NCBI RefSeq assembly: GCF_037042905.1
Contig: NC_087245.1
Span: forward strand, 36,334,001 to 36,398,000
Length of the DNA: 64,000 nucleotides
From: Lytechinus pictus
Taxonomy: Eukaryota
Reading direction: 5' to 3'
Each line of letters starts with the position of its first letter. The stretch's first letter is position 1. Below the pieces are notes generated by a model that was given only the letters and a program-made list of their open reading frames with translations, was not told the origin of the DNA and ran no database searches. Both the position numbers and the translations under genes were made by a program. Of the stretch, positions 42,461-58,194 are shown piece after piece.

Positions 42461-42894
42461 ATTTAAATCGTAATCATGAATAACGATAAAAAAATAACAG
42501 TCGTTATTCTCTCTAGTATATATATTAAAAGCACTCGACTATTTGATTCGCCTTGAAAAAAACACACGCCTCATTTTCATGCCTTATCGTCATATTAACT
42601 AAACTCACCGACGAAATCACGAGAAAGTGTTTTGACGAGTATTATGTTGAAATTGTTGTTATTGTCTTTTTAAAGAGTAATTGCCTTGTTATGTCCGAGA
42701 TCTAATGAAGAATAATGCGTCCTGTTTCGTCTGGGATTCGTATCCCGAGACAATAAAGATACACTGGCAGTCATTATTTATCAATGTGCTTACGTGCTGT
42801 TCCTTTCGTCGCATGCATGCGTCGGACCCCCCCCCCCTCTCGATCTCCCCCTCCCCCCCTCTCTCTTTCTCCCTATCTCTCTTCCTCTCTCCCT

Positions 42895-44905
<2,011 letters not shown>

Positions 44906-45329
44906 CACTTCGACTCAGATTATATTAAAAAGCATCCACATTTAGTTGAAATGGTTGAGTCACTCCGTGATGCATTGGGAGAATATTGGCTGTTGTTCAT
45001 TGCTTAAGTTATCATAATCATTATTATCGATATTACATGTATGATATAATACGTTTGCTTTTATATGTTTTACGTGTTTTTTAATACATGTATAATAAAT
45101 GCCTTTTCTTCATCTATGCTTTGTGTCTATTGATTATTAATGTGCATGTTCTCCATGTTTTAAATGTCGAGGTCAACGTTTCATAGGGCTACTTGTTCTG
45201 TTTTGTGGGCCCCTCATTATCAAAAATATATTTTGTTTGTTGGGGCAATTTTTTCTTTCCATATTTTACGTATTACCATCGATGTTTCTATAGATAATGT
45301 AAATGAATTCATTTAAATTTAACTTGACG

Positions 45330-45505
45330 AGGATGATGATGAGGATGATGGTTGTGGTGGTGGTGGTGGTGGTGATGATGATGATGACGATGATGATGAG
45401 TAGTACTAGTAGTAGTAGTATAAGTAGTAGTAGTAGTAGTAGTTGTTCTTCTTGTTGTTGTAGTTGTTGCTGTTGTTGTCGTTGTTGCTGTTGTTGTTCA
45501 AGTAG
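45330..45505. repeat. Mixed trinucleotide microsatellite (GAT/GGT/AGT/GTT)
   Basis: Visible runs. Confidence 0.9.
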
Positions 45506-45840
45506 TGAACAATCATGTAAGGAATTAACTTTCAACTTTATACCTTATTTTTTGTCATTTTTTGGAATAAATACCGATATTTCTATGTGTGTGAGCGAGC
45601 AGTGCTCACATGCCTTTACAGGAAAACCAATTCTTTTGTTTGATAGACTTGAATGAATTTATCGAAATTTCTAATAATCGAGACCAGAAGAAAAATAAAA
45701 TCCATAAAATGCTAATATTTGCTGAGCAAAGAAGAATAAATACAGCCCTTGGATTAGAGTAATTCCTTTAAAATAAATATGCAATAAAACGAAATTTGCC
45801 ATGAGAAGGCCTTACTGTATTTAGATACAAATCCCTATAA

Positions 45841-47092
45841 TAGTAGAGCGGATAAGCCGAACAATTGTGCAAATTATGACTAAAGCATGAAACTTTCACA
45901 GGTACTAGTATATGCCGTAAGATTTATTTTAAAGATGGGAGGTAATGAAAGAAAAATAAGATTATACAGTCCTTTTTTAATCAAAACTGGTACTTTTCTT
46001 GGGTAAATGAGCCGTTGCTATGGCAACAGGCCATTGCAACATTGATATTTATCGTTAAATTTAAGTATTACCAAGGCAACATCAATGATTATCATTCTAA
46101 TTAGTTCATGCAGAACACTCACTGTATTATTTCTCCTAAATTAATTGAGTAGGTAAAACCTTATGCATGTACATTAAGTTAATTCTCATTGTATTTTTCA
46201 CCTACTCATAACCTTGTCATCCATTTTTTTATCTGGTTGCCATGGCAATGGCTTAAGATGTTATATTTATAAATTTAGTCACAAACATATCTCGATTAGT
46301 ACCTTAAAATTAGGGGAAATGGAATGATGATCATACATGTATTCTACATTTTTATCAATATGTTTACCTTTCTAGAGGGAAATAAGCTGTTGCCATGGCA
46401 ACGGGCCCTTTGCAAAATTATTTCTTTTTGAATTTAATTCAAGCATTACCGAGGCAACATAATTTTTTATCTTTATGAAGAACTCCTGCAGAACACTTTC
46501 TGTATTTTTGTTTAAATGAGGGGGTCAAACCTTAAGCATACAGATTAAGTCAACTCCAATTGTATTTTCCACCTGTCCATTGTCTTATCAACCATGTTAT
46601 TTTTGTAAATTAGATGTTATTTGGTTGCCATGGTAATGGCTTGAGGTGTAATTTACACATTTGGCAACCAACATATCTTTGTTTAGCACTGTAAAATTAG
46701 GGGAAATTAAAGATAAATCATATTCTACAACGTTTTTTTAAACAAAATTTTTATTTTTCTGGGGAAAAACAAGCCGTTGCCATAGCAACGGACCAATGGG
46801 AACTATATTGGTGATCTTGAATATTTCTAAATTTCATATGTATTCATTTGGGAGCCTGAAAATTATCATTTTGGTCATCTATATATCATGTTTATTTACC
46901 ATTTACATGGGAATGTATGTTATTTTGGAGAAATTAATCCGTTGGCATGGCAACGACCGAAAATGGCATTTATGAATTTACCTCCCATCTTTAAAATAAA
47001 TCTGACGGCATATACTAATACTTGTGAAAGTTTCATGCTTTAGTCAAAATTAGCACAATTGTTGTGATTTTTGGAGCTTATCTGCTCTACTA
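45841..47092. mobile_element. Academ-like non-autonomous transposon
   Basis: TAA|TAGTAGAGCGGATAAGC ... GCTTATCTGCTCTACTA|TAA; ~105-bp imperfect TIRs, 3-bp TSD and a ~380-bp internal tandem unit. Confidence 0.85.
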
Positions 47093-47499
47093 TAATGAAA
47101 TGAAATATTGATTTTGTTACATTTGTTCTAGAATTAATCATATTCTGGAAATCAAGTCTCCAATTATTACACGAATGTCTTTTATTTCCTCAAGGTTTTT
47201 TTTTAGGTGATAATAACTACGGTTTGAGAAGAAAAAAAATCATCTTTCCATATGCTAATTGTATTTCCATGTATCGAACTTGGAATTTAAAGGCAGATTT
47301 AGTGTATGACCTTGCGCGGTGGTACTCCAGGAAAAAATCTTTTAATTTATGTAAGGCAATAAGATCACCCCCAACCCCCTTGATACAACACCACACTGGC
47401 GTAAATCCGTGTTGATGGGTGGGGGGATGACTGAAATATTTTGGCATTTTTTTGCAATCATGTTTTTAGATATGCAAGGAATTGCCATTGATATGTCCA

Positions 47500-48384
47500 C
47501 AGTGGCGTACCGTGGGTCACGGCATTGGGGGGGGGGGGCACCAACAAAAATTTTGAATCACTGAGTGAGTGCGCTAGTGAGCACGCTCAGTTGCCAGTTA
47601 TACTGACCTAATAGAGACATTTGAAGGACAATGTCATTAAACTGATATGTATCTCATTGATCAAATAAATAGGTACCTGTCTCGCTAAACAATTCGAGCG
47701 CAAAGCGCGAGCTGAAAATTTAGATAATTCAGACCTGAAGTGGGGCATTCTAAGGTTTTTTTTGTAAGAATTAACTAGGACCAAACGTATTTCATTAACC
47801 AAATGATGCGAGCGCGAAGCGCGAGCTGAAAATTTTTGATATTCAGATCAGAAGGGACATTTTAAGGACTGATTTTAGGAATTTATGAAAAGCAGACATA
47901 TCTCACCAATCCACTTATGCGAACGTAATCACGGAGAGGAAATGTTTCATATATACGAAGACCTTAACATGGGGCAATCACTATTTGAGTCGTTAAAAAG
48001 AAGCATATGTCACTACATAAAACAATGATAACTCAAGTGCTAGGAAATATATTTGGTTTATACTGACTTGAAAGCGGGATGTTTTAGTACAACAGGATTA
48101 TATATCACGTTAAACAGACAATGCGAGCACCAGGAACAATGAAGACGTAGGCCCTAGGCAAATTATGTTTCATAAAGTTATGATAAATATGTTTCTTATG
48201 TAATGTAACATAACATAATTATAATATAATATAACATTATAATGAATAATATTTTCTTCTTTCCCACTACGTTTCTCTTCCTTTCTCCCTCTTTTCTCCT
48301 TTTCCCCTTTCCCCGTTTTTTTTTTTGGTCAGCCGATGGGGGGGGGGGGATGTGCCCCCCATGCCCCCCGTAGTTACGCCACTG
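47500..48384. mobile_element. hAT-type MITE
   Basis: CAGTGGCGTA ... TACGCCACTG termini with a perfect 8-bp TSD TATGTCCA (47492-47499 and 48385-48392). Confidence 0.93.
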
Positions 48385-49695
48385 TATGTCCATATGGCAA
48401 ATACCCCTCCAATATTATTATTTTTTTTACCCCATGATGGTTATTACATTCAAAATTTTTGACATTCCATCTTAATCCCTTCCCAAAGACCCCAACATTG
48501 ATGAATTGGAAGAAACGGGGGTTTCTCTTCAATGTTATATAAGGACATAAGTATTTCTTTTGGAAATGGTGAGCTGGCTCTTTATTTGCATTTTATGATT
48601 CAATAATATTGTTTTATTTGTTAAGCGGTATTTTAGGAAGAATTTTCACCAATAAAACAATTATCTCTTGTGATTTTTTTTCCCAGTTCTTTCGTAAAAA
48701 GTGGGGGGGGGGATGTTTGTACAGGCCACCCCCCCCCTCCTCGAAAAGTGGGGGGGGGGGATATATCCCCCCCCCCATCCCCCCCGGGATTTACGCCAGT
48801 GCAACACCATTTTGCATTCCAATTAAGTTGGACAAATAAAATGGTGTTTTATTCTTCTATATCCAATTTCGTAAACTTTGATAATAGTGGTTTAATTACT
48901 TTCGTGAATATTCAATTCAAGTGATTAAAAGTAGTCTACTTACTAGTTTTTATTTTTTAAGAGAGGAATTCGAGCAACTTGTATTTGCTTTATAAAACAA
49001 TCATAAAGCGTAGGGCTGTTCTGTACATGGATGGCAATCCCGGGGGACGGGGACGTATCACCTACCCCCACCCCCCTCTCCCTCTCCCTCCTCGTCGAAT
49101 TCCGGATTTTGTACATCAGCCTACATCGGAGAGGGTTGTCTCTTGACTCTTTCCCATCTCATTCACTCCCCATTAATTCCTAGGTCCGGTCGAGTGCATT
49201 CTTAATTCTTTTGACTGTAGTTGGAATAAATCCACAATTAGATTTACAATCTAAATATAAATGATTTCAATTAACAACGTGCCTTATGTTGGATTCGCCA
49301 AGGAGGAATCCTTCGGGATTGGTTTTAAGTCGAGAAAGAGTAAACGATCATCTTCATGTTTCCTTTCTCATCACCCCTTGCCACATTTCTGTGTCGGCGA
49401 AATTGCCTCTTCACGACTCATTATGACCCTGAGGTTTAATCGATCTTTTATTTGGCAAATGAAGAATTTTGAGATACAATTAAGTTAAACAATGATTTGA
49501 GTAGCAAGTATTCTCAACCCATGGAATTTTAGTTCACTCCAGGACTGTGATGTGATGAAACAAAGACTAAAGCCATGATTTCCAAAGGCTCCAATATATT
49601 ATTCAAATCAAATAACAGGGAATAAAATCACCCAGACGTCGTACAGCATCCTTTAAACAGACTGTATTATGCGAAGTCTCACTTTCGGGACTTCT

Positions 49696-49742
49696 GTTGC
49701 CAGGCAACGCCATCTCGTGCCGTTCTTAGTTGCCATGGAAAC
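49696..49742. promoter_or_regulatory. Pair of RFX X-box-like motifs
   Basis: GTTGCCAGGCAAC (49696) and GTTGCCATGGAAAC (49729) in unique CpG-containing sequence. Confidence 0.4.
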
Positions 49743-50029
49743 GTCTTCTTTCCCTGCCTCATCATCATTTTATCCAGAGCACCTCCTTGTCGTCCATCCC
49801 TCTTATACTCCGCTGCGGCGCAATAAGAATCGCATGAACTCGCATCTTGGATGGGGGATATGAGAGGAGTGGGAGCAGAATGACTTTGAGAAGACGGTAG
49901 GGGCCGTTAGGTAGAGATGGAAATGATGATGGGAGGCGGGAAAAGAGGGATGATGGGTATATATTGACAAAGGAAAATGCTGATGAAGATGATAGAAATC
50001 AGGAAGATGAAGAGCTCAAAAGAGAATAA

Positions 50030-50123
50030 TGGATGGTGGGGATATTGATTGGGATGGTGGTGGAGAGAATGATGATGATGATGGTGGTGGTGGTGATGAT
50101 GATGATGGTGGTGATGATGATGG

Positions 50124-50154
<31 letters not shown>

Positions 50155-50281
50155 GATGAAATGATGATGATGATGATGACGGTGATGATGATGGTGATGA
50201 TGATGATGAAGATGGTGGTGGAGGAGATGATGATGATGGAGATGATGATGATGGAGATGATGATGATGATGGTGGTGATGA

Positions 50282-50312
<31 letters not shown>

Positions 50313-50520
50313 AGAGATGATGATGATGATGGAGATGATGATGATGATGATAGTGGTGGTGATGATGATGATGATGATGATAATGATGATGATGATAATG
50401 ATGATAATGATGATGATGATAATGATGATGATGATGATGGTGGTGGTGTAGGTGATGACGATGATGATGGTGATGATGATGGTGATGATGGTGATGATGA
50501 TTTTGACGATAAAATGATAA
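50030..50520. repeat. (GAT/GGT)n microsatellite
   Basis: Visible runs. Confidence 0.92.
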
Positions 50521-50640
50521 TAAAAATAATAACGTTTTATTTACTCAGGGTAGCCACTTCAGTAAGGAATCTGCAGCTGTCCCTATATACATTACAATGT
50601 TAGAAACAGACTGAAGGTCCCAATTTAATAAAGAAGTATT

Positions 50641-50708
50641 TGGTGTGATCGAACTCACGACCTCCCGTTCATGAGGCGGGGCGCTCTACCACTGAGCCAC
50701 TATGCCCG
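50641..50708 (-). pseudogene. tRNA(Met)-like pseudogene or SINE head
   Basis: Minus strand TGGCTCAGTGGTAGAGCGCCCCGCCTCATGAACGGGAGGTCGTGAGTTCGATC has an A-box, D-arm, CAT anticodon loop and B-box. The T-stem and acceptor stem do not close. Confidence 0.65.
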
Positions 50709-52548
50709 GTCCATGATGGTGGTGATTCTTAGATATTCCTGCAAAATACTATCAATCGTGAATGTTGTATTCTCTATCAAGGTATATGTATGTATGTTAT
50801 ATAAAAGAAAGGAAGAGCAAACACTGAAAAACACAAGAAGGTCAAGTCTAAGAATAGAATGTGGTACGAAATAAAAGAGGGGATAATAAATAAATAAATA
50901 AATATATAGTGAAATATATGTGGACAGTTAGAAGTGAATGGAGAATGAGATAAGATGGGATGGAGAGAGAAGGGGAGAGAGGGGATGAAAGAGGGATAGA
51001 GAGATGAAAAAGCAAGAGGCGGTTGAACCAGGATTTAATACTGGAAGTAAAAGAGTAATGTACGAGGTTGGTAAGGCGATGGATCATCAGGGGAACTTCC
51101 ATTTAACGACAAAGATAGTTTGATAAAAGGAGTGATATTAGACAAAAATATTGAAGGATTAACGGGAATTCATTATTGAATAAGAAAGTTCTGATTTTTT
51201 TTTTTAATTTGACTTTGAATTGTGACGTCATATGCAAGCAGCTGCCCCATATGGCATGTGATATTACAAATTACAATATTTTTCTCATGGGAGCTGGCTT
51301 GCAATGGCGTGTATGATGATGTATTAAATGCAGAGGTAAAATATTCTCTACTTATTTAAGAACATATAATTTTATTTATTTATTTTTTTAACTTACATGA
51401 CACACGAAAGAGCTGCTCACAAGTGACGTCACATAAAAATCCTGATTAACTCAATTTACATCTGATGGATTAAATATGTTTTTTTTTCTTCTTCTTTTTA
51501 AGATGTTCTCTAGAGTGGGTGTGGGTAGGTGTCCGGGGGAGCAATTCCAGCGAAATATAACAATACGTCGGCGCAGATATCAGGTTAGATTTTACATTGA
51601 AGTTTTGATCACTTTATAGTCATCAAGCTTGTGGGATAATGGATTGAACTCGAGAACATGATTTCTCGGGCGTAATCACAAATAAACAAACAAGGTTTGC
51701 AGAAGGAGAGGTAGCTTCTGTAATAGCTCTATGCTTCTATCAAAAGCGATGTAAATTCAAAGAATTCGTTCACTTAACCGTCAACCAAACTCCCCCACTG
51801 TAGGTAGGCAAATGATTAACACTGAAAATAAATGAGAAGAAGGGATAAACAACAAGGTTCGCAGAAAGAGAGGTAGGCCGACTCATTAATAATGGTTATT
51901 ATGCATTTTAGTTCTTTCAAAAGCGATGTAAATTCTTGTGCATTAATTATAATTCGGTCACTATTAATTGTCAACGGAACTCCCCCATTGTAGGTGAGCA
52001 TATTATTATCATTATAAAGAAATTAAAAGGGAAACGGAAAAGCTGAAAAAAAAGGAACCGCGGAACCGGAGGGGGGGGGGGGGTTATCCCCTTCCCCACC
52101 CCTCCGCCCCCTTTTCAGTAATTATGTGCAAATGACCATCAAACTGTAGTTCTGTGTATAATTATGTTTGTCCCCTAACCTAGCCCAACTTTCTACATCT
52201 TTCCGAGGTCTCTGCAAAATGGAGAATGAGCAACTATTTATCCAAGGACAAATTTGGGGGAATTTGTAACAAAGTATGGCAGCTTTCCAATAATTAACTG
52301 CCTTTAATCTATATACAGTAAATTTATATGAATGAATGAAATATCATTTTCTTTGTTTTAAAGCTTCTCTTTAATTTCTTTAATTGGCGTCTAAAAAAGA
52401 AAAGAGCACAAATATGGTTTAAAAAAAAAACATTCACTGCAAAACACCGGTGTTGCTTTGACACCAGCCCCGAATCTATGTGACCAGAGAAGTGTTAAAC
52501 AACACCTGTTTGGCTTTGGTCTAACACCAGATAGGTGTTTATGCAACA

Positions 52549-55334
52549 TAGTCCAGGATAGAAGGGGTCGAACCTTGTTTTTTTATATATACAATGTTTT
52601 TTTATGGTTTCTTGTCAATTCGAGGGTGCTGATTCCGAATCTGAATGATGCCACTCGTGTAACCTTGAGCATTTTCTGCAAATTGGCAAAATCCAATATG
52701 GCCGCCAAAATATTCAAATTACCCATGAAAATCATAAAATTGTCCACACATTGGCTTTAAAGTACATGCAATTGTGCTGCCGGAGTGAAATAATATCTGA
52801 AAAAATGATTTTTGTCAAAATATTTATTTTCTTGATATCAAAATGGCCGCCATCATAGACCCCTGTACAATATGAATGGGGAAAATTAATTTTTACAAAA
52901 TTGAGCACTGAAATGCAAGTAATTATGATCTATGAGTGAATCAATGTCTGTAAACATGATTGCTAACGATATATATCATTTGTTATGTCAGTTATGTGAT
53001 AAATCCTGTATTTTGATATTCAAAATGGCCTTCAAAAGCCCCAACACTATTATGTACAATGTGAATGGTGACACAAAAAATCACAAGAGTGAGCACTAAA
53101 ATGCATTTTGTTGAGATAAACGAGTGGAATACTGACTAAAAACATTATTGTTAACGAAATTTATTATTCAACATGCCATGTATGTGATAAACCCTGTATT
53201 TTGATATTTAATATGACCGCCAAAGGCCCTAAAATTATGATCTACGATGTGAGAGAGGACAAAAACAATCACAAGGTGAGCACTAAAACGTATTTTTTGT
53301 GGTAAATTAGTGGAATACTGTCTTCAAATATAATTTGCAACGAAATATATTATTCGGGTTTCATATTTGTGTTAAATATTGTATTTTGACTTTCAAAATG
53401 GCCGCCAAAAGACATTGACTGTATTATGTACAATCGATCTGGGAAACCAATTTTCACATGAGTCAGCACCATAACATGCATATAATTGTGATTTAAGAGT
53501 AAAATATTGTCTGAAAACATAATTCCTAACAAGATACATCATTCATTCTGCCAGGTAGGTGATAAATAATGTATTTTGAAAGTCAAAATGGCCGCTACAG
53601 GCCCTAACGGTAGGCCTATTATGTACTTTGTGAATGGGAACATATAATTTTAACAGAATTTGGCTTTGCTTGACTAAATGGTGTTGCATGTATGAGTGAA
53701 ATATCGTCTGAAAATGTGATTTTGTAACCAAATAGATCATTTCTTATGTTATTTAGGTGATAAATGCTATATTTAAATTTCAAAATGGCTGCAATATGTT
53801 TCTTTGTGGAAATTATCTTTCCCCATTCAAATTTTACATATTAAGATAAGGGACTATGGCGGCCATTTTTCATTTTTAAAAGGCTGCATTCATCACCTTT
53901 ATGACACAAGCTATGATATATTTCGTTAGAAATCATTGGGCTTAGACAATACTTAACACTTACATCAAAATTAAGCCATTTTCATAGTAAAAATTTTGTC
54001 AAAATTATCTGTCCCCAGTTACAATGTACATACTACTTTGGGCTATGGCAGCAATTTTGAATTTCAAAGTAAGGCCTTTATTACCTTCTCAACCATTATG
54101 TGATGTATTTAGTCAGAAATCATGTTCAAGACCAAATTTTACCTATACATCACATAGTTACGTGCGTTTTTGGTTCTCATTCTGGTGATGATTAGTTTCC
54201 CTATACGCATGATACAGAATTTGTAGGGGCTTGTGCGGCCGTTTTGAAAGTCAAAATACAATATTTACCACATAGCTATGGGAGAGGAAATATTATATTT
54301 CATTAAAAAAATCACGTTTTCAAACAATATTTTCCTTATACAACAGAATTATATGGATTTCATAGTCAGGCAAATCCTAATTCTTTCAAAAGTATTTGTC
54401 CCCATTTACATTGTAGATAATACTGTAAGGGCCCATAGGGGCCATTTTGAATTTTACAATACAGCATTTATCTCATGCATGAAAAATGAAATGATATGTT
54501 TCGCCAGAAATCATGTGTTTAGACAATATTTCACTCGTATAGATTACAATTACATTCATTTTATTGTTTTTACTCTTGTGAAAATTAGTTTCTTCATTCG
54601 CTTTGTTCATAATACAGATAGGGCCTATGGCAGCCATTTTGAATGTCAACATGCAGCATAATTACCGAAATTGCAAAGGAAATGATATGTTTCGTTAGAA
54701 ATCCTTGTTGTCAGACAGTGTTACACCAATATTTCGCAGTTATTGGCATTTTAAAGTCGAAAAAATTCAAAGGTTGTGAAAATTATTTGTCCCCTTTTAT
54801 ATATTGTACACAGTATAAGGGGTCTATGACAGCCATTTTGAATATCATAATACAGCATTTATCACTTTAGATAGTATACAAATGATATAGTTTTGTTAAT
54901 AGTCATGTTTTCAGACAGTAGTCCACTCGCAGGTCACAATCACATGCAATAATAGTGCTCTTGTTTGAAAAAATATTTTCCCCATTCATATTCTACATAA
55001 TAAAGTATACAGGGGTTATGGCGGCCATTTTGAATATCAATAAAATAAATATTTTGTCAAATATCGCTTTTCCAATTGGTATTTCACTTCTGCACAACAA
55101 CTACATGCATTTTATAGCTAATGTGTTGGCAATTTTATGATTTTCATGGGTAATTTGCATATTTTGGCGGCCATATTGGATTTCGCCAATTTGCGGAAAA
55201 TGCTCAAGGTTACAAGAGTGGCATCATTCAGATTCGGAATCAGCACCCTCGAATTGACAAGAAACCATAAAAAAACATTGTATATCTAAAAAAACAAGGT
55301 TCGACCCCTTGTCTATGGGGCCTATCCTGGACTA
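52549..55334. mobile_element. Academ-like foldback element
   Basis: TAGTCCAGGATAG ... CTATCCTGGACTA; ~200-bp TIRs and internal ~190-bp units that flip orientation near 53820. Confidence 0.88.
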
Positions 55335-55335
55335 A

Positions 55336-56801
55336 AGCCCCAGTCACATATAGACACGGATCCTCACGGATCAACACGGCAATGCCGGCATGATCCGGGG
55401 AGGTCCGGGATAGCTTTGCCCCGGATGACTCTAAACACGGCATCAACACGGCAGCTTCACACGGATCTACACGGACCATGCCGGCAGAGCACGTCGTCAA
55501 CACGGACCGACACGTCAGCAACACGGACCTACACGTCAGCTACACGGACCAACACGTCAGCAACACGGACCAACACGTCAGCAACACGGACCATTACGTC
55601 AGCTACACGGACCAACACGTCAGCAACACGGACCAACACGTCAGCTACAAGGACCAACACGGACCAACGCGTCAGCAACACGGACCATCACGTCAGCTAC
55701 ACGGACCAACACGTCAGCTACACGGACCAACACGTCAGCTCAAGGACAAACACGGCAGCTATATTGACCAGCACGGCAAATGAAAATCTGTTCATAATAA
55801 TGAGCTGATATTTATTTATCTAATTTTTTATTTATTTATTTATCTATTTATTTATTTTTTTCTCATCCTTGTCGCAACATTATATTATGTTGTTTTTTTA
55901 AAATATATCAAAACTCAAAACTTCCGTAACCAGTAAAAACGCTGTTTTTTTTATACAACACAGTTTACTGTTTTAAAAGTAGTTGTTAAGTACTTTAAAT
56001 CTTGAACGACAAATTTAATTTCGATTTGATTTGATATCACTTTATTGAAATCACAATAAAGGAAAGAAATTTACAAAGTCAATAGAAAACATAATAAAAA
56101 TTAAGATAGGCCCAGGTCATGACGCATAACTGTCGATGCAGGGCAGTAGTATAACACTTAATGTACAATTTCGATGTAACAGGTACATTACATAAATTAT
56201 ATACATATAACATATTTTAAAAAAATGAAATGTGAAATAATAATAACAGACAAAGTTGGGGTAAATATTAGAAAAAAAAGAGAGAAAAAAAATATTCATA
56301 CATGCACTAAGTTTACAAATATTAGGTTGGGGCCAATATCCAAAGCGTAAGAAAATATCCTGAATCATTTAATCATCCATTTAATCATAAATAAATTGAG
56401 CATGTTTGTGTCAACTGTTTAACAACTACTGAAGTTCATAAAGTAAATAGCGTTGTAAATATTTGATGGGAAAAAAGAACACGGACTGCCAAGGATACTC
56501 CAGGCAGCCACACGGACTTACACGGCAGCTACACGGACCTACACGGCAGCCACACGGACCTACACGGCAGCTACACGGACCATCCCGGATGGCTTTGCCA
56601 ACCCGGCAGTCCACGGATGACGCCGGATGTTTTTGACAGTCAAAAACTGCCGTGTTGGCCTCCCGGACGTTCAAGGACCAACACGGACCACCCCGGACCT
56701 CCAAGGATGCCCAAGGCGCCAACACGGATCTCTCCCCGGACCACCCCGGATCAGATCCGGGATGGTCCGGGGTGGTCCGGGGTCTATATGTGACTGGGGC
56801 T
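55336..56801. mobile_element. Harbinger-like non-autonomous element with 21-bp minisatellites
   Basis: TAA|AGCCCCAGTCACATATAGAC ... GTCTATATGTGACTGGGGCT|TTA; 21-bp acacgg-based arrays at ~55495-55760 and ~56500-56585. Confidence 0.9.
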
Positions 56802-57396
56802 TTACACCAATTATTATTGAAACACAATCGGTTTGATTCCAAACTCGTGTTGTTTCAATACTTCTCTGGTGTGGACATAGATTCGGAGTTTTTGCAGCGT
56901 AAATTGTATACAGTACTCAACAATGATGTACATTTTACCATGGTCTTATAGTGCCCTTAGGGGTCCGTTTCATAAAGAGATACAACTACTGTAACTTTGT
57001 CATTATGACAACTACCATGGTAACAGGGCTCAACATCCAATCATAATCAATGTTTCCATGGAAATAGGCAATAAATAAGCTCCAGGTTTTTCTCTCTTCA
57101 CAAAATAAACTTTGTTATGTTTTCTTCTGATTTTGATATAATGGTCTGTTTTACTTCTTGATCTCTTGTAAACTTTATTCATTGACATTGACTTGAATTC
57201 AAGTTGGACTTCTAATATTCAAAATGTTCCGTTGTATTGTCAAGGATCTGTCTGGCTGTCGGCCGCAAAAAGGACAACTAACCAAATTCTCGCAAAAGAC
57301 CGGGAGATGGCGCTATACAAAATAGGAAGCGCTAAGAAGCGGTATATTGTGGATCTGCAATTTATTGTATCATGTAAAGCAGATTTCTTATTCACC

Positions 57397-57750
57397 GGTG
57401 ATTCGTATCTTGCCAACTCGTCCACTCATCACATGGTCTACTGCCATTCCGTCCATCAACATTTTGTCTTACAACCATTTGGTCCAGTCATCGATGTCTA
57501 TGACCACGTCATAACCAGTTGGTCTAATATCCATTTCATTTTTTTCATTCATTTCGCCCAATTAACACTAGACTAGACCAAATGGTGTATGGACTAAATG
57601 GCTATAAGACCAACTGGTTATTAGACGAAATGGTGAGTGGACAAAGTGACAAAGAGACCAGGGCTGCTGATAGTGGGCGAACTGAATGTAGGCCAAATGA
57701 CAGTAGACGAATTGGCATAAGACTGGTTGAAAATGAAACCTTTTGCACCC
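57397..57750. repeat. Degenerate inverted array of short gtcca/gtcta units, probable transposon remnant
   Basis: Short units in one orientation up to ~57565 and reversed afterwards. Confidence 0.45.
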
Positions 57751-58194
57751 GATACCCACTCCCCCTTATCTCTCTCTTCCTCCAACACCTCTCTTGCCCC
57801 CCCCTTTAAGTTCAAATTTATCCTCCTTCTACTCACATCATTTACGCACCTTCAGTCTTTACTTTCTACTGTATATTCACCGCAATGAAAAGTTGCTTGT
57901 AATAATACCAATAGCAGAAAAATAGAGATATATATCGGAAAAAGGTTGATGAAAATCCACCTAAGAAGATAAACAGTTACGAACGCTTAATGATTTTGTG
58001 AAAATTTGTGATATCAGTCTCACAGACTCTCCATACGATTACTCCTCAATTAAAACCACCGTTTAATCGTGGCCCGAATAGTGCCAGTGGGAATTAGGCA
58101 TTAAATAATTCCTCTGTATTCTGTAATGTAAGCGTTATATGTCTTCAATATACTTGCTCGCTTCCTATATAACAGAATTCTGAAAATGTTGCTA

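Larger units (their letters stand above)
52435..56899. mobile_element. Small EnSpm/CACTA-like MITE split by two younger insertions
   Basis: cactgcaaaa ... ttttgcagcg termini. ccgaatctatgt...agagaagt...aacaacac (52470-52505) is inverted at ~56847-56886. Confidence 0.7.

Noticed and set aside
50641..50708. Functional tRNA-Met gene
   Set aside because: The T-stem and acceptor stem cannot pair; kept only as a pseudogene or SINE head.
51680..52000. Diverged ~170-bp tandem duplication
   Set aside because: Only two degenerate copies and no functional signal.
55240..56951. ORFs with TSATRTN/HVSNTDQ repeats
   Set aside because: They arise from 21-bp minisatellites inside a TIR element and are open in several frames.
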